Origin: Craspedostauros australis | Taxonomy: Eukaryota | Assembly (NCBI GenBank): GCA_030167865.1 | Contig: JALAGF010005348.1 | Span: 1-62,477 of the forward strand | DNA length: 62,477 nucleotides | Direction of reading: 5' to 3' | Shown here: piece after piece, positions 46,416 through 58,300 of the stretch | Position numbering within the stretch: the stretch's first letter is position 1 | Layout of the letters: every line of letters starts with the position of its first letter | Program-made: the position numbers and the translations under genes | Notes under the pieces: model-generated | The model's database searches: none | What the model saw: the letters and a program-made list of their open reading frames with translations, nothing else | What the model was told of the DNA's origin: nothing

Positions 46416-48699
46416 ATGTACGTGCATGCGGCCTTCGCGACGTTGCCGCAACGACGATGACAGGGCGATGGTGGCGGCAATGTTGTTGTTGATGTTGACA
46501 ATGATGATGATGATGATGATGATGGTGTTGATCGCAACGGCGGTTAAGAAATTGTTGATATCATGTGATGGACAAGGTGGTTGGCAGGAAGGTTGATGAT
46601 GGCGACGTTGGAATCAATGTCGGTGATGAGGTTTCGTGCCGTCTGTGTTGCAATTGCGTTCGGATGGATCTTTCAAAGGAGAAGGCCTACCATTTCTCGT
46701 GCTTGTCTGGTCTCTCCCGTCGAGGATCCTCCGTTTGCTCCTCTTCACGTTTGTGCGATGCAAAAGGCAACAACAGCAGATCGAACGAGCAATGAGGCTC
46801 ATGACAGACATCTGCCTGCCATGTCTTGAAAGAGGAAGCGTGCATGGTGCAAGTGTCCAGATCTGCACGTCCTCCGATCCTGTTTCTCACTTCGAACTTT
46901 CTCTGATGATTCATCGTCACATGAACACTCCTGAATCTCTGCACTGACATGAACAAAAACTCTACTCCACAACAATCACATCCGCAACACAATCAACTCG
47001 TCTATCTGACGATGTGATGCTGCCCTCGACCATTCTTCGCGCGTTCTTCACGCATACGATGCACAGGTCCAACCCAAAGGTTTTCTTCGATATGAACGTT
47101 GGCGGCAAGTCCGCTGGACGTGTCGTCATGGAGCTCCGTGCCGATGTTGTCCCAAAGACTGCCGAGAACTTCCGCGCTCTCTGCACCGGAGAGAAGGGAT
47201 TCGGATACAAGGGATCCAGGTGAGTAGGTGCAGAGTCTTGCCTCTTTGTCACGTCAAATCGCATCGCGCGATGCCATGGGTGCGCTGTTGTCATTGGGAC
47301 GGAAGACAACGTGCTGGTGTCTCCTGTGTCGCTCGCATGTGTGTCATGGATCAACTTCAACAGTCTCGGATTCTCAAATTCCTCACAATACCCATCAATC
47401 TTTTCCCTTCTTTCTCTTCCTTATCCGTCAATGCTATCACGTAGCTTCCACCGTGTCATCCCAGGATTCATGTAAGTTCGTCAATCGCTTCCAACGTCCG
47501 AATTCCTCCACACATTTGCCTCCACAATTTGATCTCAGAGAAGAAGATCAAGCAGTGCGTCGGGGGTGTGAAGTAGTGTGCTGAAAGTAGGACTGCAGCA
47601 CACGCATGGTTCCTTTTTGTCATGTCCGTGACACATGCAAAGATATGACTAACATGCTCCACTACATTTGCTTTGTTCGCCACCACTATTCTTGTTGCGG
47701 ATCCATCTCATGACCATTCACACACCCACAGGTGCCAAGGAGGTAAGTTCATCGATCGATGTTTGCGTCATGGGTGCTGATTCCTTGCATCAGTGTTGTC
47801 TGCGAGGCGGAATTCGGTTTACATGGCTACTTGTGCTGGTGCTGGTACTAGTACTAGTATTGTGATGGTGCCATACATAACAATCGCAAAGCTAACACCC
47901 CGATTATACCCTCTGCGTATGTCTCCAACTACCACGACTAACGCAATCACAACAAACGCAACAAACGACGATAACTCAACATTCAGGTGACTTCACCAAC
48001 CACAACGGAACTGGAGGAAAGTCTATCTACGGAGGAAAGTTCGCTGATGAGAACTTCCAGCTGACGGTAAGTGCGATGTCAATCTGCAAACAAGCTTGTT
48101 CGGTATGCTGCAATCAAATCAAATCGGGAACGAGCAAAAGGGGCCACCGCTGATGGCACAAACGTATGCAATTCTTTGTCATCACGTATGCATCGATCCT
48201 CACTTTACTCTATCACATTTGACTTGCTTCATTTGACTCCGCACGCATCCCGACCTTGGCGCCAAATAGCACACCGGACAAGGTATCCTCAGTATGGCCA
48301 ACGCCGGACCACACACCAACGGATCGCAATGTAAGTATCAATCTCTCGTCGCAGTTTGTGGGTTTGGATTGCGGTTACGCGAGTGAATGTTGGTGTTGGT
48401 GTTGGTATACTTTCACACAGCAACCTGCCGCTCTACTGTTCCTGTTGCTCCTGTGATTGCGATCATTCCTATCATGGCGCACACCTTCAATCCAACTCAC
48501 CCTCATTCTCACGTCCCATCCAACCGCTATGCCCACAGTCTTCATCTGCACCGCCGAGACCACGTGGCTCGATGGAAAGCACGTCGTGTTCGGATCCGTC
48601 GTTGAAGGCATGGACGTCATCAAGGCCATCGAGGGGGTCGGATCCCGAAGCGGAAGCACATCCCAGCGCGTCATCATTGAGAACTGCGGACAGCTTTAG
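46416..48699 (+). CDS. PPIA: Cytosolic cyclophilin A-type peptidyl-prolyl isomerase, 164 aa; exons 46416-46417, 47067-47219, 47445-47471, 47732-47742, 47987-48066, 48270-48330, 48539-48699
   Basis: The spliced exons total 495 nt (164 aa + stop): MSNPKVFFD...[52 protein letters not shown]...[26 protein letters not shown]. All introns are GT-AG. The first 2-nt coding exon is an inference. Confidence 0.93.
46501..46524. repeat. (ATG)n microsatellite in the first cyclophilin intron
   Basis: atgatgatgatgatgatgatgatg. Confidence 0.8.
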
Positions 48700-49429
48700 A
48701 GCGCTCTTCGTCCTTGATCAGATGAAGACCATCTCCCCGGGGTCAACACATACGAACACGCGCGCTTTAGCAGTCAGCGCATTGGAATGACAAGATGAAT
48801 GTCGTCGTTGTAGCCCATGCTACTCCCACAACGCGTGATAATGCACACCAAACGTAGAACATGAATCAAACCATTCTCATTACCACTCGTACTTTCATCC
48901 ACGGATGCAGCCTACTCTGCTCTACTCGTGCTGTATGCAGTTCTTCATCTTCTGGCCTCCCTCCCGTCAGTCGAGTTGCCTCGTGCGTCAACGAAACGTT
49001 CCAGAGCCATCGCGGTTGGTGCTGTTGTCCCGTGTCTATCTCCGCGCGCTTAGCCTGCCGCTTGTTTTTGGAACGCAACCAAACAGCGTCGTTGTTGATG
49101 AGGCATCGTGGATCTTTGTCCAGGCGCTTCGCTTGACTCGACACACAAATGCAAGCGAACACACCAACTGAGCTCGACACACGATCCACTCTTGCCCAAG
49201 TGTCCTCTCTGTCTCCTATTTCTTGGCGCGCACTGCTCCACTCCAAACCATCGACGTATAAGACGTATTATTATCCATGATACGCTCAGCTTGAGGAATC
49301 AGACCAGGCCGTATGACATAATACAGCGTATTATTCTATATAATATAATAATAGAAGGACTCTCTCAACAAACACAACGCAACAGAGTTGAGCACAACAG
49401 AGCGAAGCGAAGACAAAACGCGCTCCGAA

Positions 49430-51771
49430 ATGAAGACCGACAGGGACGACGCAGGGGTGAAGATGGTGACCATTGCATCGCCTGAAACCGTCGGTGCAAG
49501 CACCGTTCACAGCGCAACTAAATCTCCCGCTCATGCATCGGCAATGGCACAAGATGCAGCGGCAAATGGTGCGGCGGGACATGCACATGCGCTGTCACAG
49601 GACAAGGCAGCGACGCGTGGCAACGGAACGACGGAGGTTGGAGCAACCAAAGCAAACGCAGATGAAGCAGAACCACCCGAACAGACAGAAGAGAAGCCTC
49701 TGCAGATCGGTGATAGATGCGAGGTGCTTTGGAGGGACAAGACGCAGCAGCTGCAGGCAATCATCATCGAGCGCAGACCCGTCAATTACACACGAAAGAG
49801 AAAAAAGAAGGGCAAGACCAACGATCCTGATTTGGAGACTTTGAAGATTGATGAGATTCAATACTACGTCCACTATGAGGGGCAGGACAGGTGAGTTAGG
49901 ATCAGTGGGAAGGAGAGAGAGAGAGAGCTGCTTTCGACTGAGTACTCGTTGAGTACTGTGATCTTGCCCCATGGCTTGCGTGTGATTGTTGGTGGATACT
50001 CAACTCTCACGGTTCTATGCGTGATGGTCCAGTGCCACCAGCGCACTCATCTCAACTCACACTCTCTTTCGTCCATGCATCAATACACACACAACATCGA
50101 CAACGACAACGCTTCCCCTTCCTCTTTCTTTTTGCAGACGACTCGATGAATGGATATTGATCGACAAGTTCATTTTGGGGACCCTGAAACGTGTCAAGGA
50201 CGAATCCGACGAAAAGGCGGACGACTCTCGCAAGCTACGAAGGAGGAGTGGCGTCTCGTCTCACTCCGGGTCAGGACACGCCGGTTCGGGCGGAGGGCAT
50301 GCTGGTTCATTCTCCATGTCGGGCGGGAACTGGCACGGCGGATCCGGTGACCCCTCCTTGGCTGCGTTGGAACGGGAGCACGAAGAGACCACGAAGGTGA
50401 AGAATATTGAAAAGATCGTCATGGGTGAATATGAGGTGGAGTGCTGGTACTTCTCACCATACCCGGAGGAGTACGCGCAGGCGGAGCGATTGTACATCTG
50501 CGAATTCTGTCTCACGTACATGAGAAAGCCATCCACGTATCGCGATCACAAGGCCAACTGCGCGTGCCGGCACCCACCTGGCAAGGAGATATACCGCGAG
50601 ACCGGGCTCAGCGTCTTTGAGATCGATGGCAAGGAGCACAGGGCGTATTGCCAAAATCTGTGCCTTCTGGCAAAGTTGTTCCTGGACCACAAGACGCTGT
50701 ACTATGACGTCGACCCATTCTACTTTTACATCATCTGCCAGGTGGATGACAGCGGAGCGCATATCGTCGGGTACTTCTCAAAGGAAAAGGTGGGTCCGTT
50801 ACAAGCGGGTTCTTGAACTGCGGTGAAAGTACTGCATGCGCAACCGAACAGTGCATTGGCTTTGGAAGGAATTGTGGAGGGCGCGGTCGTTGTGCAGGCG
50901 ATGGTGGAAGGTTACTCCGTGTACTGTCTGCATGCATACTCGCATCTGGTTGTGGGGTACGGTGTCGTTGTAATTGTACCTACGTTCGTACTTGTGCCCG
51001 TATCACGCAATGGACTCACCCATCCACTTCAAAACCAATTACAAACCAACCAACTGTTGTCGCAACAATCACCAAATGGAAACAACACGCAGGTGTCGCA
51101 AGAGGACTACAACCTGGCATGCATCCTGACTTTTCCACAATACCAAAAGCACGGATACGGGAAATTCATCATCTCATTCTCTTACGAACTCACCAAGCTG
51201 GAGGCAAAGACGGGATCTCCCGAAAAGCCTCTGTCCGACCTGGGGAAGATCTCGTACCGCAGCTATTGGAAGTACATTCTCTTCAACATATTCTCAAAGC
51301 ATGATCCAACAAAGAACATTTCGGTGGAAGACATCTCCGTGCAGACGGGAATCAAACGGGAGGACATCATCTCGACGCTGCAGTCATTGGACATGATCAA
51401 ATGCTGGAAGGGACAACACGTGATCTACGTCAAGCAGGGTCAGATCAACGAATACATGAGCCAGGTGTAAGTGTGTATGTGTGGTGTGATTGCGTTGTGA
51501 TGCCCATTGTATTGGATGCTACGTACTCGTCCAGGTCCGCGCTGTCCTTTCACCCAATGATGTTTTTGCACCAAGGATACTGCATCCGCATCATGCTCTC
51601 ACTCCATGACACATCTGCGTATCCATCCCCTCTCTTCTCGTGCGGCTACGGCTACGGCATTGCTGCATACTTTCCATGCATGCTTTCACTGTCTGCTCAT
51701 TCTGCAGGAGGCATCCACGATTGTGCAAACCTGACTGTCTCGAATGGAAGCCACCGAAGTCTAACAATTAG
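49430..51771 (+). CDS. MYST-family histone acetyltransferase (Esa1/Tip60/MOF-like) with chromo-barrel, ~516 aa; exons 49430-49890, 50138-50789, 51093-51466, 51708-51771
   Basis: Tudor-knot: [16 protein letters not shown]. Other motifs: WYFSPYP, C2HC finger [55 protein letters not shown]. The terminal exon supplies the conserved KPDCLEWKP. Confidence 0.94.
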
Positions 51772-52066
51772 CGAAAACACACAAACACATACAACCGCAC
51801 CTACTCGTACGGAACACACACGCCAGCACCTCTGTTGCGCAGGGCGGCGATTTGAGATGTGGAGAAGAACGCAGCGACATGACAGTAGCCTTCTGCTCTC
51901 CTGCAGTTTCAAGACCTTACCATTCAAATGTAGCCCGGCGACTGCTCTATGTGTATCTTATGGAATGGAATATTGGTGATTTGCGAGTTTGTCGTGGTAT
52001 TATCATGGTTGTGGTTGTCGTTGCTCAGTGGTCATAGCGATGACAATGGCGATGACGATGAGACAA

Positions 52067-54193
52067 TTACTCCTTGAAGAATGGATTGGAAAGCAAACCT
52101 CTCGCCGTCATGATCTTGGAGGAACCCTTGTTCTCGACGGCCCGTTCCCGTGCCAGGAACAGGCTTTCCAACACCGTCCAACCAGCACCATCATTCTCAT
52201 CCAGCAGTTGGACCAAATCGTCCCACGCTTCGTCAGCGTCCACGTATTCACGGAACTGGTCGATGTCCTTCTCAAAGATGTCTGCCAGCAAGCGCTGCAT
52301 CGTATCTTCGTCTGTCGCCGGCATCTGGTACCCCGGTCTCGGCGAAACAGCCAGAGTGGACAGCAACAATCCAAGAAAGACGAATCCCAGAGCATGCAGG
52401 TCCTCCGCCATCGCAAAGTTCGTCACGTCGAGTGACTTCTCACCGCGCTTGAAGCTAAAGCCGAACGTGCGTGCTCTGACGCAGAACTCTTCATCGAAGG
52501 CTGCTTCTTCCAGCTTGCCCGAAAAGCCGAAGTCCGCCAGCTTGATCACCAACGGTTGCCTTCGCGTCATGTATACGTTGGTTGTTTCCTGCTTGTCCTG
52601 ATTCACCGACGTGATGACGAAGCTGCTTCTGCCGATGCTGCGATGCGCGATGCCGTCTTCATGGAGCATCGCCACAGCTTCGATGCACTTCTTCATGATA
52701 CCCTTGACGACGTAATCGGCACGCTGGCGGAATGGCGGCAGCTCCGGTGGTTGGACGACGTTGCCAAAGAAGCCCTTCTTGGGCGGTATCCGTGCTCGTC
52801 GTTCTTCAGCAGGAACACAGTACGATGCAATGGAGTTGAGGCCCGCGTATTCGTACACCACCCAGATGGCACCTGGTTTGGGCGGCGTCACGCTGAGTGC
52901 TCTGTAGAATTCGTTGGGATCCATCTCATCCTCCAATTCGGCAAGATCAACCTCTCCGTATATGCCAAGGAACGGCGCCCTTCGCAGTCTGCCCGCAAGA
53001 TCCACGACGTTGCCGTTGTCCTTGCGAGCCATGGTAGATCGGGAAGCGGACAGACGGATCCATTCACCATCGACGGCATCTTGAACGTCGGAAAAGAGGT
53101 CTGATTGAAGCTTGCCGACGGAGAGTCGTTCATACCGTGCCAGCTGCTGTGCCATCTCACCGGCGAACTCCTTGATGAGGACGCGGCGGTCCATTCCGCG
53201 GGCGCTCATGAGGCCACCGATCTGGCCGACGAACTCCCCACGGAAGATCCGGATCTGTGTGGGGAGGTGTGGATAGGTACAGGGTGGGGAATGCAGTTGG
53301 CAGGGAACAAACAAGCAAGAAGAGTACGGGGATCCAGTTGGTGTTAGTGCGCACGTGCATAGAGTATGCATGTGCCGTTGCATTCCCACTTTTGTGAACA
53401 ATGATCGAAGAAATACGCAAACAGCCACGTGCACGCTGGATTCCTCTCAAACCGAATAGCATACCATGAGACCAATCTCAACAACAACAACAACAACAAC
53501 AGAATGAAACAAGCTCATAAAGATGAACGCGAATGCTGACACCGGCAACGATTCACGCACCACCGAGCCGCTCTTCTTTCGTGTCCTTCGCGGTTGCGAG
53601 TCATCGAATGGATTGGGCTGCACCTTGCGACGATCGTCAGGATCTTCCTCGTTGGCGTAGTAGTACTCCCAATCCGTGACTTCGTCGAAGCCCATGTTGC
53701 CCACAAAGTCGGAGAGGATGACATCTGGTCCCAACGAGAACAATCGTGACTGCGTGCCCGTGAGGTCCTTTTGGGACTTGGTGGCCGTGAACAAGGCCGC
53801 TGTGGAAGTTGTCTCGTCGATGTTTGCATCAGTTGGATCCTCAGCCACAACGTCGTCGCCAGTCAAAGGCTGTGGCGAAGGCGGTGGTGTGGAAGACGAT
53901 GACGACAATGATTCTGGTGATGGAGGAAAGAGAAGAGACATATCAGTGTCCATGCTGTCCTGCTCACCAGGAACGAAGTCACCAAAATCGGACGTCCATT
54001 CATTGTCGTCATCATTGTCTTTGCCGTTCTTGTCGTTGCTGCTGACTGCGAACAGAGGCGCTGCACCTCGTGCCTGGCATCGCAGCCCAGGACTTGCAGC
54101 AACCACCGTGAAAGCATCCGCCGTGTATAATTGCGACACTGACAGCAACAGCGCTGAAATCATCAACGTCGCGGATGACGATGAGGCCGACAT
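52067..54193 (-). CDS. Plastid-targeted protein kinase-like protein (probable pseudokinase), ~606 aa; exons 54193-53561 and 53254-52067
   Basis: Signal peptide ending TADA-F. Kinase-fold motifs VLIKEF, VVYEYAG, LHEDGIAHRS, IKLADFGFS, EDLHALG, GAGW and TARGLLSNPFF. Phase-0 intron gtgcgt...cag. Confidence 0.85.
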
Positions 54194-54488
54194 GATGGAA
54201 CGATCAATGCGCCCGATTCGTTGTTGCCTCCTGTGTCAGTCTGTCGGGGTTGCCTCTCACGTGGGTGGGCAGTAGGAATTGTTGGCAATCTTGGGTATTG
54301 TGATGGCGTGGAGATCAACAGGGACGGATGTCGATGATGGCTCTCCCTCCCTCCCTCGTCGCAGTGTTGCTGCCATCAAACGTGATCCCGTGATCTCTTG
54401 GGTTCATTCGTTGGATCCAGCACTGTTACCGTTGTCGTTGTTGTTGATTTGGTGACACGTTTTCGTCATGTTTCGCCATCTCTTCTTG

Positions 54489-54500
54489 AAGATGACGTCA
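54489..54500. promoter_or_regulatory. AAGATGACGTCA element upstream of the plastid pseudokinase
   Basis: Same 12-mer as in the 42.2-42.35 kb promoter, about 300 bp upstream of the ATG at 54193. Confidence 0.4.
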
Positions 54501-55396
54501 TGCTCCATCTTTTTATTCGAAGGAGTCGATGATTGCATGTGCATTGACTTCGTCAACGATCATCTGGCGATGTCTTCGAGCGTTCGAACGGCCGAAAATT
54601 TGTTTATTGCCTATGTGATGAACGTTAACGGACGTTAATTTCACGCCTATCAAAATGTGACGGATACAGCGAGAGTGTGTGTCGCACTTACAGACTCTGT
54701 TGGACGGCAGCGAACTTCAATTTTTCATTCGAAGATGTTGACAAGACTGAAAAATTGGCTCGACAACCAATGGACGCGCTCAACATTCCGATGAATCACG
54801 GAAGAAAAATTTCGGTGAGAAAATTTCATCACCGCGGCACAAACATCTCCCTCCACAACTCTCAGCGATCGATAGCGCGGCGTTACAACACGTGCGGACG
54901 TGAGCAACATCATTCGATTGAGAGGCGAAGAGAGGTGCAGATGCATGGCATGGATGTTCGGGCGCATTCAACAGACAGGTCCGCAGATACAGTCGACATT
55001 TTAGAGTAGAGGGGCAGGGAATCGAGTAGGAGACGCAGATTGGACGGAGATAGACACAGAGCAAGGCGACGGAGGAGAAGACAAAGACTAAAGCCTCGGA
55101 GATTGATTGACAACACATTCCGTCATTCTCAACGTCCCATCATTTTCAACACTCATCGTTGTCGCAGTCATCGTCCATCATCGTTCATCATTCAGAACTC
55201 TCTCTGAGAGCGCCTCTGGGACGGTTGGAACGCTCATTCTGCTGAATTGTCTGAATATTGGTGAAGTCCATCACTACAGAGCAAGGTTCTGGCAGCGTGG
55301 ATTGTTCCTGCAAGCATAGGAGTACGAGTACGAATACGAGGACGAGCACCATCACAGGGAAGCCACAGACACAAATCGCAGGTGCGATTGAGGAGC

Positions 55397-58300
55397 ATGA
55401 CAACAAGAGCAGTGGACATTGCCGACATGAGTGCTGGAGCGCCCATCAGCGGCATTGGCAATGGCGTCAACAATAGCGTCAACAATGGCGTTGGTAACAA
55501 CAGATACGCGTACGGCAACGGGCTGAGATCGCCCACGTCCATCAACACATCACCGAGGCATGCTCGCAACAAGCCCATGGCCATGAATCAGCGCAACGCT
55601 CACATGCAGCAGCACTTCCAGAAGCAGCCGCAGCATGCCGCCAGCATCACCAACCAGGGACGCCCCATGGCCAAGGTCACGGCCAAGGGCTACAACACAG
55701 CGCAGTACCACAGCCGGATGTACAAGCAGAACCTGCAGCACAAGGACCCCAACGGATCCCACACCGATGACATGTTCAAATCGCAGCGCACGGCTCCCAA
55801 CTCGCCTCAGCACGAATTCCTGCACCCCACGATGTGCATGCCAATGCCCATGAACCTCATCGGCATCAACACGAGCGCTACGGCGTGCGTCAGCGACACC
55901 GTCGAGGTCTCCAAGGACTACGCTAAGAAGTACGAACCGAAGGCCAAGCAGGGATGGCACAAGGCCATGGATGTGGCGGAGGAGGCAGGCCGCGCCACGG
56001 CTGCGGGGGTGCAGGAGTTCTCCATCACGGCTGCCGAGGTCTACCGCCAGGAATGCCGCAGCAACGATCGCGGCAACGACGATGCCTTCTTCGTCAATCC
56101 GCAGTCTCCATCGGCATCGCCCAACGATGACAGCAGCATCGTCGATGCCAACACGCCCAGCCGCAGCCGAAGTCGAGGCAACGGTCACATCTCGGAATCC
56201 TCCTCGTCCAACGATGATCGCAGACGCCGACGTCGCGGACAGAGCCGTGGCCGATCGCGAGAACCCAGGGATCCGGAACCCTTCCAATCGCACAAGGGCA
56301 TGCGATACCCAAAGGCCATCCACATCATGAAGGAGCCCGTCAAATCGCAGACGCGGCAGCAGGAACCGCCGGACACTCGCTTCAAGGAGTCGGAGATATT
56401 CACGGGTCTCGTCGACGATGATCGGCCCAAGTCCACACCGCGGCGCAAGGCTCCGGCTCAGACTGGCGATAGCGACAACAACAAGATGTTGCGGGAGGCC
56501 CGTCTGCAGCTATTCAAGATGGGGCAGAATGAAGAATTCTCGGAATCCGAGGTTCGGCTTGTGCGTGCGTTGGATGAATTGAAGCGCCAGGATGAGACCA
56601 TCGAGAAGCTGCATGGACAGCTGCGCGTGTCGACGAAGGCGCTCAATGAGACCACCAAACAGCTGGAGGAATCGCGGCTGACGGCGCAGAAACGGCAGTA
56701 CGCATCCACGGAGACGAGGGCCAAGGCCGTGCAGGAAAAGAAGCGCCTCGAGACCATACTGGCCAAGGAGATCAATGACAAGCGCAAATTCAAAGCGCAG
56801 ATCTCGCAGCTGCAGACCGATGCGGCGCAGCTCAAGGTGGCACTGCGCATGGCCCGCTCCAAACCGCGTGAGGAACCCGAGGGACGTAGCAACCCGCAGA
56901 CGCCCACCACACCGGAGAAGAGCGGATCCTTCGACAAGTCGGCCAGTTCCACGGCGCAGCTCATAGCGATGCGCGCCGAGCTGGTCGATCTGCGATCGCA
57001 GTTGGCCGAGGCGCATGCCGCCAAGATCGATGACTCCTCCTCCGTGCGCAGCACCACCGAAACCGAACGATTGACATCGACGGTGGTGGAGCTCAACAAT
57101 CAGCTCAATCAGCTGCGCCAGATCGAACAGCAGCTGACGGAGGAGAAGGCGCTGCATGCTGGTGAGGCCGACAAGCTGAGGCGCACCGTCAAGCAGCTCG
57201 AGACCAAGTTGCTCGAGACGGAGGAGCGTCTCACGAAGAACCTCAAGACGGCCAGCGAGACGGAGAATTCGTTGCGCGCGGAGCTCATCAAGTCGAGGGC
57301 CAACGCGCAGCGGTTGGAACGTGAACGGCAGCGCAAGCGCACGGGCAACAACGGGGAGCTGGAGCGTCTCAAGAAGCAGCTCGTCAGCGCCAAGGACGAG
57401 ACTTCCAAGCTCAAGCAGAAGATCAAGGATGATCAGCTCACCTTCAAGAACGAAGTCCTGCAGCTCAAGAACGACATGAACGGCTACAGAAAGAGGATGA
57501 CGCAGAACAACCAGCAGGGCCTGCTCAAGGGCACGGAGCACATGAAGGAGAAGCGGCGCTGGGAGAAGGAGAACACACGCCTGTCCAACGAACTCAGGAC
57601 GGCACAGGAGAAGTGCGTCAAGAACGAGACCATCATCACCACTCTGGAACATCAGCTCAAGACCACCAACAAGCCTGGCCAAAGTGCCGCGACGATCAAG
57701 AAGATCCACAGCCGTCAGGAGGCCATGCTCAAGGAGCAGCTGTCCGCGGCCGCTGCGCATGAGGCATCCCTCCAGGCCGAGCTCAAGCTGCAAACCCAGC
57801 TGCGCGATGTCGCAGAACGCAAATCGACCAAGTTCAAGATGGAGGCCGACCGCAACCGCAAGGCATCGTTGGAGAACACTGCATTGCGTCAAAATGAGAA
57901 GAACCTCAAGCAGGAGGTGCTCAATTTGACCGTCAGGCTGTCAGAGATGGGGTGCGAGGAGAAGAAGTCAGAGGTCATGGACGATGTCGAAACGCGCGTG
58001 GCGAAGGAGCAGGCCTACCTCAATGAGATCTTCATGCTCAAGAACGGGCTGAGAGAAGCGCAGAACAAGGCCCAAGAGGAGCGCTTCCAATTGGAGGAAA
58101 GCCTCAGGGTGCTGCAGGACAACGAGACGAAGCGCGTTGCGGAAATCGAACAATTGCAGAAACATAACGAAGAAGCACGTCAGGAAGACGCCAAGCTGCG
58201 TGCGCAGATGGCGTTGCTCAAACGGCAAATCGGCGGGTCCTCCAACACGAGACCGTACGCCATGATCCACAGAACGCCGTCTGCCGTGTTCGGCACGAAC

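Noticed and set aside
51461..51470. MYST ending at the ORF-track stop (SQV*)
   Set aside because: The TAA lies within a gtaagt donor, and the downstream exon restores the conserved C-terminal xxLxWxP motif.
10951..51771. A functional chromatin cluster (CHD + MYST) or translation cluster (RluA, Sua5, EF-G)
   Set aside because: The genes are far apart and interspersed with unrelated genes. Nothing in the sequence indicates more than chance proximity.
56510..57892. 460-aa Leu-rich antisense ORF
   Set aside because: Mirror of the GAG/AAG/CAG-rich coiled-coil gene, so not an independent gene.
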